Below, in pieces: positions 63,519 through 64,000 of a stretch of 64,000 nt of DNA. How positions within the stretch are numbered: position 1 is the first letter of the stretch; each line of letters starts with the position of its first letter. The stretch comes from Paraspadella gotoi (taxonomy: Eukaryota; Animalia; Chaetognatha), in contig CM119263.1 of NCBI GenBank assembly GCA_051294375.1, positions 2,256,113 through 2,320,112 on the forward strand, given 5' to 3'. The position numbers and the translations under genes were made by a program. The notes under the pieces are model-generated. The model saw nothing but the letters and a program-made list of their open reading frames with translations. It ran no database searches and was not told the origin of the DNA.

Positions 63519-64000
63519 TTTTATTTTTCAATCAGTCACTACGGCATTGAATGTTATCAGTCTCCCAAAAAGCAGTTTATTATGACAAAATGATTAACTT
63601 GTGATTAAAATACAAAGAATCAAGAGCAAAAACTATACGACGACGACAGCGACTAAGACGACGACGACGACGACGACACCATGATGACGACAACGACGAC
63701 TGATTTATTCTCGTCAAGAGACGTCGGAACGAGTCCAACTGTCGAAATATTTCTGCCAACGCATATCAAACATTTTTGTACAAAAGCGAAGGATAAAATG
63801 TTTGCAGAAACTAAATGGTGAATTTTTTAATTCCTTTTCGATTTTTCCTTTTTCTTCACTTCTTTTTCACTTTTTAAATATTTTTAAAGAGAATTTTGAA
63901 CAAATTTAATTTTTTCTTTCGTTTATCATCTCGTCATACTATGTTTTTTTTTACCCACTAATGCGGCTGGCCTGAGGCCACTCTCATTGGCCAAAGGCCA

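Overview
Eukaryotic (most likely invertebrate animal) genomic DNA from a draft scaffold: GC/CpG-rich exons in AT-rich, microsatellite-dense introns ((AG)n, (GAC)n, (CAT)n, (TTTC)n). No prokaryotic features, CRISPR, rRNA or tRNA are supported. Four spliced genes were reconstructed by hand using GT-AG junctions and intron phase. (1) A + strand multi-module ankyrin-repeat gene (exons 6164/8124-27440, ~1096 aa from ATG 8135) carrying a signal-peptide-like N-terminus, a Thr-rich mucin-like linker and an RSKR furin-type site, i.e. a candidate secreted ankyrin polyprotein; this is the best novelty candidate. (2) A - strand KLHDC2/KLHDC1-like kelch gene (44214-47638) with one unresolved junction. (3) A - strand XK-related (Xkr) scramblase-family gene (48187-51779, ~780 aa). 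(4) A - strand low-complexity Pro/Ser/Gln/Asn-rich gene ending in a PDZ-ligand-like GSEV (53091-~63518), with a possible nested Cys-rich ORF in an intron. Several kb-scale tandem duplications (4983-13150, 21478-34895, 58055-60820, 380-2740) have indel-riddled copies and lie next to exactly-25-N gaps, so they are most likely gap-filling artefacts from noisy long reads. Small interspersed repeats and minisatellites are also present. All family assignments are from motif recognition, not database searches.
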